From the NCBI GenBank assembly GCA_963678065.2, contig CAXXVZ010000003.1, positions 96,001 through 160,000 of the forward strand: DNA of 64,000 bases. The letters are read 5' to 3'. Source of the DNA: Treponemataceae bacterium (GTDB lineage Bacteria > Spirochaetota > Spirochaetia > Treponematales > Rectinemataceae). The position numbers were made by a program, and so were the translations under genes. Of the stretch, positions 10,507-20,696 are shown piece by piece. The notes below the pieces were generated by a model that made no database searches, was not told where the DNA came from, and saw nothing but the letters and a program-made list of their open reading frames with translations. Within the stretch, counting starts at the first letter, position 1. Each line of letters opens with the position of its first letter.

Positions 10507-11077
10507 ATGAATACTGAACTAGAGTTTCAATCGAGACAACAATTCAGGCTTTGGTTAACAGAACATTCTCAAGATAGAAATGGCATATGGGTCATCTTTC
10601 GAAAAGATAAGATATCAAATATATTAAGATCCAATGAGGCATTGGAAGAAGCATTATGCTTTGGCTGGATTGATGGACAGATAAAACCAATAGATGATGT
10701 GAAGTATAAAAAGTATTTTGCTTTACGAGGAGAAAGAAGTAACTTGGTCTGAGAAAAATAAGAAACTTGCTGAAGAGCTTATAAAGGCAGGATTAATCAC
10801 AGAAAATGGATTAGCTACAATAGAAAAGTCAAAAGCTAATGGTTTATGGGATAAAGAAAAGAAGAAGATAGATTTAGAATCAATAAAAGAGAGACTTTTA
10901 GAAAGATTAAAAGAAGATAGCTTAATAGCATATGAAAATTATAAATCTTCATCAGAATCGAAACAAAGGCAAATGGCCCTGTTTTATAATGATGCCAAGA
11001 GTGAAGAAGTAAGGAAGAAGAGAGAAAATAAGATAATAGAAGCATTAGTAGAAAATAAGAAAGGGATGTTGTATTAA
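10507..11077 (+). pseudogene. Cassette 8: YdeI/OmpD-associated family protein, frameshifted
   Basis: EALCFGWIDG in one frame, WSEKNK in the next; one extra T near 10744 (AAC-T-TGG). Could be a sequencing error. Confidence 0.8.
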
Positions 11078-11085
11078 GAGGAGAC

Positions 11086-11200
11086 ACATAACAACCGTTT
11101 CAACCTTATAAATCCTTTGGCATGGTTTGTGCAGAACAACAATGCACAAACCACGCCAAGCCCTTCGGGCCCGGATTTAAAGGTTAAACGAATGTTGGGC
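11086..11200 (+). other. attC8
   Basis: ACATAAC...GTTGGGC. Confidence 0.92.
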
Positions 11201-11268
11201 GGACGCCTTCGGCGCTAATAAAGACTTGTCAACTATTTCTATTAGTAGATGACAATGAGGTTGTATAA

Positions 11269-14200
11269 ATGAATTGGAAAATTTTTTGTGTAAAATACGA
11301 CAATCGAGAGGCATGGGCATTTGAACAAATGTCTTATTTGCTTTTCTGTGCAGAGTTTAATAATCGAATTGGATTATTTCGCTATAAAAACCAAACAGGA
11401 ATTGAGACAGAGCCAATTGAAAAAGACGAAAAATATTATGGTTTTCAATCCAAATATTACACGACCTCAATCGCTGACAATAAAGGCGACATTATTGATT
11501 CAATCCAAAAAGCCAAATCAAAAAACATACAATTAGATGAATTATTTCTCTACATCAACCAAGAACTTTCCGAAAGCACCACTAAAAGTAAGAAGAAACC
11601 TCAATACCAATTAGACATTGAGAAATCCGTTAAGGCAGTAGGCGTAAATATTCAATGGCGAGTTCCAAGTCATTTTGAATTACAATTGTCTTTGCCGGAA
11701 AATAAATATATAAATGACATTTTTTTCAGCCTTGACCCAAACGAAGGAGATTTGCTTGATGAAATTTCTAAACACAATGAAAATATTCTAAAAGCAATTC
11801 AAACTGAAATATCTTTTGGCGACAAGCAAATTAAAATTGACCGAAATTCTGTCGTTGAAGCAATAGCAAATGCTACTCAAAAGAAAAAAAATATAATTAT
11901 TTCAGGCGAAGGTGGTTGCGGTAAGACCGCAATTTTCAAGGAGTTTTATAATTTCTATTTTAAGAAGATACCAATTTGTGTTTTTAAAGCAAACGAGCTT
12001 AATGTAAATCACATTAATGATATATTTCACTTTGACCACAAATTCACATTTGTGCAGTTTCTCAATGCTTTTAAAGATGAACCTATTAAAATATTTGTAA
12101 TTGATTCCGCAGAAAAACTTGCAGAGATTTCTAACAGCGACATTCTTACTACACTAATACAACAGTTAAAAGAAAACGCTTGGAATATCATCTTTACAAC
12201 ACGCTACGCTTATCTTAACGATTTAACTTTTCATATTAAAGAGAATTATCAGTTACCATTTGACGTTAATGATGTTTCTTTGATTGGTGCTGATGAATTA
12301 AAATCAATAGCAGAAGAATTCAAATTCTCACTTCCTGACAATCAAAAATTCTTAGAACGACTTAGAAATTTGTTTTATCTGAGAGAGTATGTTCAACAGT
12401 ATTTAAACATTGATAAACAAGGAAACTATAAAGGATTTATTGACTTGCTTTGGAAAAAGCGAATACAAAATACCGTTCAAAAAGATAATTTACATCTTGA
12501 AAGAGAAAAGTGCATTATCAATATTGCTAAACAAAGATGCGAAACAGGTCGGTTTTATATCAATGCAGATGATTTGTCACAATCAGCGTTGTTCCAATTA
12601 AAGCAAGACGAAATACTTGGTTATGATGATACACATAACGGATATTTTATTACTCACGACATTTATGAAGAATGGACGTTGGACAAAATAGTTTCCCGTA
12701 GTTTTTCAAATTATTCAAACATAAAAGAGTTTTTTGACGAATTAGGGAATTCATTGCCCATTCGTAGAGCATTTAGATTGTGGTTATCTGACCATTTATC
12801 TGAAAATTCTAAAGAAATAGAAAGTTTTATTCAGGGAGCATTTACAAATGTTGAGGTTACTCAATTTTGGAATGATGAAATTTTAGTTTCAGTTTTATTG
12901 TCAGATTATTCAGCGACATTTTTTAAGTTTTTCGAGAACGAAATTATTGCAAATGATTTTAAAATACTAAAGCGGATTTTGTTTCTATTAAGAATTGCAT
13001 GCACCGATATTTCAGCAATTCAAAATATTGAAATTATAAAACCTAAAGGCAAAGGTTGGGAAGAAGTAATTGACCTTATTCACATACATAAATCTGACTT
13101 TTTCGATAGCAATTTAAAACTTGTTTTACCAGTGTTAAACGATTGGTGCGAATTCAACAAAAAAGGAGAAACAACAAGGTATTCGGGTTTATTAGCTTTA
13201 AGTTTAATAAAAAAGACAGAAACCGAAAAAAACTTCTACATGAAAGAAGTTGCAGAAGAAAATATTTTGAAAGTAGTTTTCAATGCAGCCAATGAAATAC
13301 AAACAGAATTAAAAGAAATATTTGATAAAGTAGTTGCTAATAAATGGAATGAACACCAAGACCCATACGAAAAGCTTTGTTCGAAAATTTTAACAAAACC
13401 TTACCTAGCTTTAGAGGTAATAAAAATTCTTCCATTATCTGTAATTCAATTATGTAACTTGTATTGGCAAAAACGAGAAAGAGAAAATGACGGATTCGGA
13501 TATGAAAGAGATAGTATGGAGAATAAATATGGTTTAGTTGATGAATTTAGACATGATTATTTTCCTGCAAGTGCTTTTCAAACGCCGATTTATTGGTTAC
13601 TACAATATCGTTTTAAAGAAACTCTTGATTTCATAATTGACTTTACAAATCGAGCTGTTAAAACTTATAGTCAGTCTGATTATGGTAAAGAAGATGTTGA
13701 AGAAATTAATCTTAATGTCAATGATAAAGAAGTAACACAATTTTTAAGTTGGTCAATTTGGGCTATGTATCGTGGGGTTGGTAGTCCAGTTGTACCCTAT
13801 TTATTGCAATCTATCCACATGGCTTTAGAAAAAATTCTTTTAGAATTTTCTCAGATATTGAAGTCTGAAATAGTTCAATCTATACTTCTTAAAATTCTTA
13901 TAGAATCAAAATCAACTTCACTAACCTCAGTTGTTTGCAGTGTTGTATTAGCAAATCAAGATAAATTCTATGATATTTCTTTAGTATTATTCAAAACAAT
14001 TGAATTGTTTCATTGGGACTCAGTTAGAAGCTTAAATGAATTTCAAGTGTTTAATCCTATCCTGCCCCAAAAGGAATATTGCACCAAAGAGAGAGCAGAT
14101 GCCAAGGAAGCAAAACATCGAAATTCAAATTTAGAATCATTATTCTTAAATTATCAGCTTTTCGGTGTAAAAGGGTTTAGCGAAGAACAAAATATTGAAT

Positions 14201-15936
14201 TCATCGAAAAATTGTATAAAATAATCGACCATCATAAATCCAATGTTTTAAAAGCAAAATCATTTGGAATATTATTGGCCAGAATGGACAGACGAAATCT
14301 GATACCAAAAGTATCAAACCATGGCGACAATAATTTACTAATAGAATTTAGTCCAAAAGAGCTTTCTGAAGAACTTAAAAAGGAAAGCGAGGAAGCCACA
14401 AATCAATATAAAGAGGCTTTTAAATATTCTTCTCTAAGAATCTGGGCGGATTTTTTGATTGGAGTGAGAACTCAAACAAAAACCACAAAACAAGAGGAAT
14501 ATAACAACAATCCTCTTTTAGCTTTAGCTGAGACGAAACAACTTGTTGCAGAATTGCAATCTGGACGAAATATAGGTATCTTGGATTATTCAATCCCAGG
14601 GTTTTCTTGCTCAAAATTAATGATTGAATACAAAGACAAACTATCAAAAGAAGATAAAGATTTTTGCAAAGAAATTATTCATTCTTCCCTGTTAAATCTT
14701 TTTGCCGATGATTACGATTATCAAATAAGTGATGGTGTTGAAGCATCTGTTCATGCGATTCCAGCATTAGTAAATGAATATCCAGAAGAAGCAGAAAATT
14801 ATGTTTCAATAATGGTTTTAGCACTAATAGATGAAACACCAATTGGACAGTACAAAAGAATATGCGATTACGTCATTGAATCAATTCACAAATCAAAATT
14901 GTGGGAGCAAAATTCAAATGTTGCGCAATCAGTTTTATTTGGCTATGTAAAACTCAAGCCTATTTATAAAAATATTATTGCGGAAATAAGGAAAGAAAAA
15001 GGTTGGGGACGAATTTCTAAAAGTTCGATTTTTGAAAAGTTAGAAATGATAAAACCTGATTTTACTTTTGAAAATATATCATTTGACATTCATGATATTG
15101 CTTCACTTGACATTCATGATTTGGAAATAGTTCTTCAAATAATTCCTTCTGATACGAAAAATAAAATTCATTTAGATATTTATGCGAAATCATTGCCGTC
15201 ATTGGCATCACAGTTATTGAAAGATAGGAGAAGCTATAAAGACGATTCAGGAGACGACTCTAACATTTACCTGTTACGTCAACATATTTTCAAAAATTTT
15301 GCTTATTTCATTTTACAAAGAGAACAAAGCGAAATTGAAGTGTTCCTTAAACCATTTATTGATTCGTTTTCTTCAACAGAAGAAACAGCTTCATTTATTG
15401 AAGAATTAGTAATTGCAGAAGATTACTTAAACAAGTATGAACAATTTTGGTACATTTGGAACAGCCTATATTCGAAAATAAAAGAACTATGTGCAAATCC
15501 ATGTGGCTATCATTTAAAAGAAATCATAATAAATTACCTATTAGCATGGCGTTGGTGGAGTGAAGGTATAGAAGCATGGCGTAGCTTAAAAAGGGAAAAT
15601 TTGTCTCTCTATGCTAATGTTTCTAAGGAAATAGGAAATATTCCTTCTGTATTGTATTCTATTGTCAAAGTTTTGAATTCAATTGGAAGCAACTTTAAAG
15701 ACGAAGGCATTGACTGGATTCATATAATTGTATCAACTAATTGCTCTTTAAATCTTGGTGATTTAGAATCAAATACCTTATACTACTTAGAGAAGTTTTT
15801 AAGGAAATTTATTTTCGTTAATAGACAAAAAATCAAGGAAGAAATTAGATTGAAAAATAAAATTATTCCGATTCTTGATTTCATGATTGAACGAGGTTCT
15901 ATACATGGATATTTATTAAGAGAAAGTATTCTTTAA
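11269..15936 (+). CDS. avs4: Cassette 9: AVAST type 4-like antiphage protein (Mrr-like nuclease + STAND NTPase + helical sensor)
   Basis: N-terminus FEQMSYLLFCAEF...FRYKNQTGIETEPI...GFQSKYY resembles Avs4; Walker A GEGGCGKT; Walker B FVIDSAE; 1555 aa. Confidence 0.88.
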   Translation: MNWKIFCVKYDNREAWAFEQMSYLLFCAEFNNRIGLFRYKNQTGIETEPIEKDEKYYGFQSKYYTTSIADNKGDIIDSIQKAKSKNIQLDELFLYINQELSESTTKSKKKPQYQLDIEKSVKAVGVNIQWRVPSHFELQLSLPENKYINDIFFSLDPNEGDLLDEISKHNENILKAIQTEISFGDKQIKIDRNSVVEAIANATQKKKNIIISGEGGCGKTAIFKEFYNFYFKKIPICVFKANELNVNHINDIFHFDHKFTFVQFLNAFKDEPIKIFVIDSAEKLAEISNSDILTTLIQQLKENAWNIIFTTRYAYLNDLTFHIKENYQLPFDVNDVSLIGADELKSIAEEFKFSLPDNQKFLERLRNLFYLREYVQQYLNIDKQGNYKGFIDLLWKKRIQNTVQKDNLHLEREKCIINIAKQRCETGRFYINADDLSQSALFQLKQDEILGYDDTHNGYFITHDIYEEWTLDKIVSRSFSNYSNIKEFFDELGNSLPIRRAFRLWLSDHLSENSKEIESFIQGAFTNVEVTQFWNDEILVSVLLSDYSATFFKFFENEIIANDFKILKRILFLLRIACTDISAIQNIEIIKPKGKGWEEVIDLIHIHKSDFFDSNLKLVLPVLNDWCEFNKKGETTRYSGLLALSLIKKTETEKNFYMKEVAEENILKVVFNAANEIQTELKEIFDKVVANKWNEHQDPYEKLCSKILTKPYLALEVIKILPLSVIQLCNLYWQKRERENDGFGYERDSMENKYGLVDEFRHDYFPASAFQTPIYWLLQYRFKETLDFIIDFTNRAVKTYSQSDYGKEDVEEINLNVNDKEVTQFLSWSIWAMYRGVGSPVVPYLLQSIHMALEKILLEFSQILKSEIVQSILLKILIESKSTSLTSVVCSVVLANQDKFYDISLVLFKTIELFHWDSVRSLNEFQVFNPILPQKEYCTKERADAKEAKHRNSNLESLFLNYQLFGVKGFSEEQNIEFIEKLYKIIDHHKSNVLKAKSFGILLARMDRRNLIPKVSNHGDNNLLIEFSPKELSEELKKESEEATNQYKEAFKYSSLRIWADFLIGVRTQTKTTKQEEYNNNPLLALAETKQLVAELQSGRNIGILDYSIPGFSCSKLMIEYKDKLSKEDKDFCKEIIHSSLLNLFADDYDYQISDGVEASVHAIPALVNEYPEEAENYVSIMVLALIDETPIGQYKRICDYVIESIHKSKLWEQNSNVAQSVLFGYVKLKPIYKNIIAEIRKEKGWGRISKSSIFEKLEMIKPDFTFENISFDIHDIASLDIHDLEIVLQIIPSDTKNKIHLDIYAKSLPSLASQLLKDRRSYKDDSGDDSNIYLLRQHIFKNFAYFILQREQSEIEVFLKPFIDSFSSTEETASFIEELVIAEDYLNKYEQFWYIWNSLYSKIKELCANPCGYHLKEIIINYLLAWRWWSEGIEAWRSLKRENLSLYANVSKEIGNIPSVLYSIVKVLNSIGSNFKDEGIDWIHIIVSTNCSLNLGDLESNTLYYLEKFLRKFIFVNRQKIKEEIRLKNKIIPILDFMIERGSIHGYLLRESIL

Positions 15937-15958
15937 GTTGGCTACTAAAATGTATAGC

Positions 15959-16071
15959 GCCCAACAACTGCTTCAACCTGACTCGGCTATGTCACGATTC
16001 TTGCTTGTCGTCGCTTCGCTCCTCGGCAAGAATCGTGACATAACGCCTCGCAGGTTAAGCCAATGTTGGGT
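15959..16071 (+). other. attC9
   Basis: GCCCAAC...GTTGGGT; R'' complements GTTGGGC at 11194. Confidence 0.92.
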
Positions 16072-16143
16072 TGACGCTCCCGCGCAGGAAGAAAACTAAC
16101 AAAGCCATATCGAGTATTCATAAAGATTAGTAGGAGAGTAAAA

Positions 16144-16602
16144 ATGGATATTACAAAGGATATAATACGAAAACAAATACTTGAATTGCTTGAAGAAACA
16201 TTTGAAAGATCTCATGGGATATACTTAGATAAAAACACATCATTATTTGAAACTATTGATAATATTCCATATGATAAAGTTGGAAAGAGCTTTCATGGTA
16301 TTCCTGAGACAATAGCTGGACATGTTAATCATGTAATATTCTTTATTGTTGTTTTGCAAGAGTACATAACTGGAAAAAGAACAGGGATAACTGATTGGAA
16401 TGAAAGCTGGAAGATTAAAGAAGTAAGTGAAGAAAAATGGGAAGAATTAAAAACTACATTAAAGAAAGAATATAAAAACCTTAAGGTCTTTGTAGAAGAA
16501 ATAGATCAATGGAAAGATGAAGATTATTTGGGTGGCAGTATAGCCATAATAGCTCATTGTTCATTTCATTTAGGAATCATAAGACAATTAAAAGATTTTT
16601 AA
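16144..16602 (+). CDS. Cassette 10: DinB-superfamily protein
   Basis: TIAGHVNH and IAHCSFHLG histidine motifs; 152 aa. Confidence 0.7.
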   Translation: MDITKDIIRKQILELLEETFERSHGIYLDKNTSLFETIDNIPYDKVGKSFHGIPETIAGHVNHVIFFIVVLQEYITGKRTGITDWNESWKIKEVSEEKWEELKTTLKKEYKNLKVFVEEIDQWKDEDYLGGSIAIIAHCSFHLGIIRQLKDF

Positions 16603-16614
16603 GAGAAGAAACCC

Positions 16615-17907
16615 TAAAGTGCGCCTAATCGTCAATACAGAAAAAAAGAAAAATAAGGTGGATCCCAATTTGTCCTTGTATTCATGAATTTCTATGCTGC
16701 CAGCCGTAGGCTGAAGCATCGGTTATACACCTCATCCGGTGTAGCATACTCAAGGGACTGATGAAATCGTTCCTGGTTGAAGAAATTGAAGTATTTGTCG
16801 ACGGCGGTCTTTAGTTCCACGAGCGATTCGTACGAGTTCAGGTAAATTTCTTCGTACTTCAGTGACCTCCAGGTCCGCTCGATATAGATGTTGTCCAAAG
16901 CCCGGTTGACGCCATCCATGCTGATCTGGATTCCTTTGGCTTCAAGAACCGAGACAAACGCCTCGGATGTGAACTGGCTCCCTTGGTCGGTGTTGAAGAT
17001 CCCGGGAGTCCCGTGTACGGTAAGGGCTTCTTCCAGAGCATCGATGCAGAATCCTACATCCATCGTATTCGAGATTCGCCACGACAGAACTTTCCGTGAA
17101 AACAGGTCGATAATCGCCACGAGATAGACATGAGACCCATTCACCTTCAGGTAGGTCACATCCGTTGCCCAGACATGGTTCGCTATCCATATTTTCTTGT
17201 CTCGCAATAAATACGGGTACTTCTTGTGGTGTTTCGACGGTTTCGATAGATTCTTGCCGGGAAAGAGAGCCTTGAGTCCTGCCCGCTTCATGATCCGCCT
17301 GACCTGCTTGCGGGTGACCTTCATATCCTTCAAGGCACAGGCCATCCGCCGGTATCCATAGAACGGATGCTTGTTCAATTCTTCGAGAATTGCCGTGAGT
17401 ACGGCCATCCCCCACTCGTCATCCATCTTTACTGATGTGTAGTAATACGCCGATCTGCTGATTCCCAACAGTTCACATTGCGTGATGATCGGCAGATCCT
17501 GATTGTCGGGTTCTACAAGTTCGGCTCGCTCCCGTACACCTGTCGGTACTTTTTTTTTAGAAACGCATTCTCGACCTGGAGTTGCCCAATCTGCTTGAAG
17601 AGCTCGTCCTGCTTCTCTTGGGCTACTTCTGCTTCCTTGTCCTTCCCTGATCTTTCAAAGAGCGTGGCTACTTGATCGACCACATGCTTTTTCCATTGGG
17701 CAATCTGATTCGGATGCACTCCATAGATTTGGGACAGTTCCTGAAGGGTTTTCTCGTTCCGGACTGCTTCCATGGCCACTTTGGCCTTGAAGCTGGTGTC
17801 GTAGCTTTTGCGCATGGTGTACTCTATGCCTCCCGTATCTTTTTTTACAAGGAGGAATGTCACCTTATTTCCCTTTGTTTCCTGTCTGATTTCTTGGGCT
17901 CATTATA
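16615..17907 (-). mobile_element. IS3-family element, 1293 bp, inserted in the R'' box of attC10
   Basis: Imperfect 26-bp IRs (15/26 matches); 3-bp direct repeat CCC at 16612-16614 and 17908-17910. Confidence 0.88.
16692..17863 (-). CDS. IS3 transposase OrfA/OrfB, joined by a probable -1 frameshift
   Basis: OrfA HTH (17513-17863); OrfB rve core (WATDVTY, NTDQGSQF, DNIYIER); A9G slippery run near 17549-17558 on the minus strand. Confidence 0.88.
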
Positions 17908-18063
17908 CCCAACACCTGCTTCAACCTTATAAAGCCTTTTGTCATGGTTTTTGCAAAACAACAATGCAAAAACCACGCCAATCCTTCGCTTCGCTCAGGC
18001 CAGGCTTTAAAGATATTATGAGTATACGATCTTGAGGGAGGAAACGAAGAAAGGTAACATTGG

Positions 18064-18261
18064 AATTGTACGGAAGTAGAAGGAAGATGAAGGTTGGGCT
18101 TAACCTGGGACACAGAGCCCGATTGCAGATTAACCAGCCTTCTTCGGACAATCCCTTGGGATCGTTTTTAAATCGACGAAAACCCGGATAGAAGTATGAA
18201 GGCCTACTACTTGTTTCCAAGATAGAGGCTTCGATTCTGCCTGATACTTCTGGTGTACAAT
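18064..18261 (+). ncRNA. Predicted bridge/seek RNA
   Basis: Closing stem ATTGTAC/GTACAAT; two parallel internal loops carrying guides that match the attC target and the element junction. Confidence 0.75.
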
Positions 18262-18271
18262 ACGGGGGAGG

Positions 18272-19429
18272 ATGGAGATGACCGAAAAGGAAAGGATCAC
18301 CAACGTCAGTGAATGTGAAGAAATCGAGGCGAGTTATTATGGCATCGATCTTCATAAGGATCAAATAACCTGGCATTGCATCGATCGGACATCGAAGGGG
18401 ATTTTGGTTCGTAGAACAGGGAAGATATTGACGGATCGTATCCATGAGGATTTCATTCCGATGCTGCGCAAGGAAAAATGCTATGTAATCGTGGAAGCCT
18501 CCGGGTCAACTTTTTTCTTCCACAGCCTGATACAAAGCCACTGCACGAAGGCGATCATCGTCAATCCATCTGCTTTCCGGGAACTGTATATGACCGGGAA
18601 AAAGACAGACCGGATCGACGCGAAGAAATTGGCTGACCGGCTGATGTACCACATAGAGATGGAGGACGGCGACGATGGATTTCCCGAAGTATTTGTTCCG
18701 GACGAGGAAGCCCTGAAGATCCGCAAACTGGTAACAACCTATGAATTATTGGTTAAGCAGATTACCCAGGCAAAGAACCAAGTGAAGGCCATCTTCCGTT
18801 CAAAAATAATTAATGTCGATGTAGACGTGTTGGATAATGGACTGGAAATAGCCCTACAAAATGTGAGCCTGGACAACGCGGACAAAATTATCGTTCGGTC
18901 GCTCAAAGGATTGTACGATACTTTGTGTCGCGAGAAACAGACCATCAAGGAAGCGATACTCTCCATAGGAGTACGCCGATTTCGAGACGAAATAGCGCTT
19001 CTCACCAGTATATCAGGAGTAAGCATCATCGGGTCGATTGTCTTCATGTCAGATATAGTAACTGTAGGACGCTTTGATTCCGCCAAGAAGTTGACATCCT
19101 ATTTGGCCAGCGTCGGAAAGGTAGACGCATCGGGAAATACTACGAAGAACGGCGGACTCAACAAACGTGGAAGGCGAACCTCGTACCGTTTCATCCTGCA
19201 AGGCCTTGAACATATAGTCAATGGTAACGAAGGGTTCCAGCGATTCAGGGCAAGGCATGCCTCGAAGCGATCAAACAAAATAAGGGCGGCAATTGTACGC
19301 AAGACCTTTGTCACGATGTATTACATGTTAAAGAATCATGACATGTACCGTTTTCTGAATAAATCCATCTATACTCGGAAAATAAGGGAACTGAACAAGA
19401 TCAAAAAAATAATTGAAAAAGCGGCTTGA
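18272..19429 (+). CDS. IS110-family DEDD recombinase
   Basis: GIDLHK, VEASG and KTDRIDA motifs; C-terminal Tnp domain (SISGVS...DASG). Confidence 0.95.
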   Translation: MEMTEKERITNVSECEEIEASYYGIDLHKDQITWHCIDRTSKGILVRRTGKILTDRIHEDFIPMLRKEKCYVIVEASGSTFFFHSLIQSHCTKAIIVNPSAFRELYMTGKKTDRIDAKKLADRLMYHIEMEDGDDGFPEVFVPDEEALKIRKLVTTYELLVKQITQAKNQVKAIFRSKIINVDVDVLDNGLEIALQNVSLDNADKIIVRSLKGLYDTLCREKQTIKEAILSIGVRRFRDEIALLTSISGVSIIGSIVFMSDIVTVGRFDSAKKLTSYLASVGKVDASGNTTKNGGLNKRGRRTSYRFILQGLEHIVNGNEGFQRFRARHASKRSNKIRAAIVRKTFVTMYYMLKNHDMYRFLNKSIYTRKIRELNKIKKIIEKAA

Positions 19430-19538
19430 CGGATTTTCTCATAGAAGGTTAAGCAAATGTTGGGTTGACGCTTCGCGCGATGAATATAATTGAGATACGA
19501 TCCCAATTTATGTATTGGTGAAATAGAAAGGACAAAAA

Positions 19539-20555
19539 ATGAATATTCTTATTACTGGCGGGTTTGGGAATATTGGTCTTTTAGTTGTCGAAGAATGCCT
19601 AAAGCGCGGTCATAAGGTAACTGTCTTTGATGTGCCAAGTAAAAGAAATATAAGTTTTTCTAGAAAGTATACCACCAAAGGCATAAAGGTCTTTTTAGGA
19701 AACATTCTTGACTATGATGAAATAAGAAAGGCTACAATTGATCAAGATGTCGTCATTCATTTAGCGGCAATTCTTCCTCCAAAGAGTGAGGAAAACCCCA
19801 AATTATGCAAAGCAGTAAATGTTAATGGGACGGAAAATGTAATTAAAGCTTTAAAAGAAGAAAAATATGCGCCTGCTTTCATAGAAGTATCTTCAGCAAG
19901 TGTAATGGGACATACGCAAGATAGGAATCCACCTATACTGCCTGATGATATCCTTATATCGTCCGATGTCTACTCAAGTACAAAAATAGAAGCTGAATCA
20001 TTAGTTAAAGAATCAGGGCTTCCATTTTGTATTCTTAGGCTTTCCGCAGTAATACCTACAGTAATAAACATATCAAGTCTCTTATCTATGGTTAAAATAT
20101 TGTTCGATATGCCGCTAGATGCACGTTGCGAAATTGTTTTTGATATAGATGTAGCATATGCGCTTGTGTCGACAGCGGAAAAGGTGACAAAATCTAAAGA
20201 AATGCTTGGGGTAAAAGGCTTTATAGCTGGAGGAAAACAAAACGGATGTCAGACTATAGTAAAAGAGTTCATAAAGAGCATTTTTGAACCTTTAGGACTA
20301 CAAATTCCGCACGAGTCCCTTTTCCCAAAGGATTATAACTCATATTACTTGGATTGGTATGATACAAAGGAAACGCAGGACATTTTGGGCTATCAGCGCC
20401 ATTCAATTGAAGATTGGCAAGCCTTAATCAAAAAAAAGTATGGACCTCTTCTTCCGCTAATTCCATTATTCAAAACAGTAATATCAAATTGGCTTGAAAA
20501 GAAATCTCCACGACTAAATGAAAGTAGGAATAGTCGAAAAGCAAAAAAAACCTAA
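19539..20555 (+). CDS. Cassette 11: NAD-dependent epimerase/dehydratase
   Basis: TGGFGNIG, HLAA and YSSTK motifs. Confidence 0.9.
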   Translation: MNILITGGFGNIGLLVVEECLKRGHKVTVFDVPSKRNISFSRKYTTKGIKVFLGNILDYDEIRKATIDQDVVIHLAAILPPKSEENPKLCKAVNVNGTENVIKALKEEKYAPAFIEVSSASVMGHTQDRNPPILPDDILISSDVYSSTKIEAESLVKESGLPFCILRLSAVIPTVINISSLLSMVKILFDMPLDARCEIVFDIDVAYALVSTAEKVTKSKEMLGVKGFIAGGKQNGCQTIVKEFIKSIFEPLGLQIPHESLFPKDYNSYYLDWYDTKETQDILGYQRHSIEDWQALIKKKYGPLLPLIPLFKTVISNWLEKKSPRLNESRNSRKAKKT

Positions 20556-20673
20556 CACATGCTTCAACCTTATAAATCCTTTGGCATGGTTTGTGCAGGA
20601 ACAACAATGCACAAACCACGCCAAGCCTTCGCTTCGCTCAGGCGCGGATTTAAAGGTTAAGCGTATGTTAGGT
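20550..20673 (+). other. attC11
   Basis: ACCTAAC...GTTAGGT. Confidence 0.92.
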
Positions 20674-20696
20674 TGACCCTTCGGGCAGTAGTTTTG

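Larger units (their letters stand above)
18013..19445 (+). mobile_element. IS110/IS1111-type element targeting attC
   Basis: (A)AG core on both sides; short subterminal IRs TATGAG (18017) and CTCATA (19438); ~260-nt non-coding left end. Confidence 0.92.
17907..19465 (+). other. attC10, interrupted by the IS110 element
   Basis: ACCCAAC...GGCTTTAAAG [IS] GTTAAGCAAATGTTGGGT; removing the IS restores a typical attC. Confidence 0.9.

Noticed and set aside
18091..18106. Guide match explained as a local hairpin (AGGTT/AACCT)
   Set aside because: A longer 9-bp stem with 18134-18142 leaves the guide unpaired and mirrors the second loop; not excluded without structure probing.
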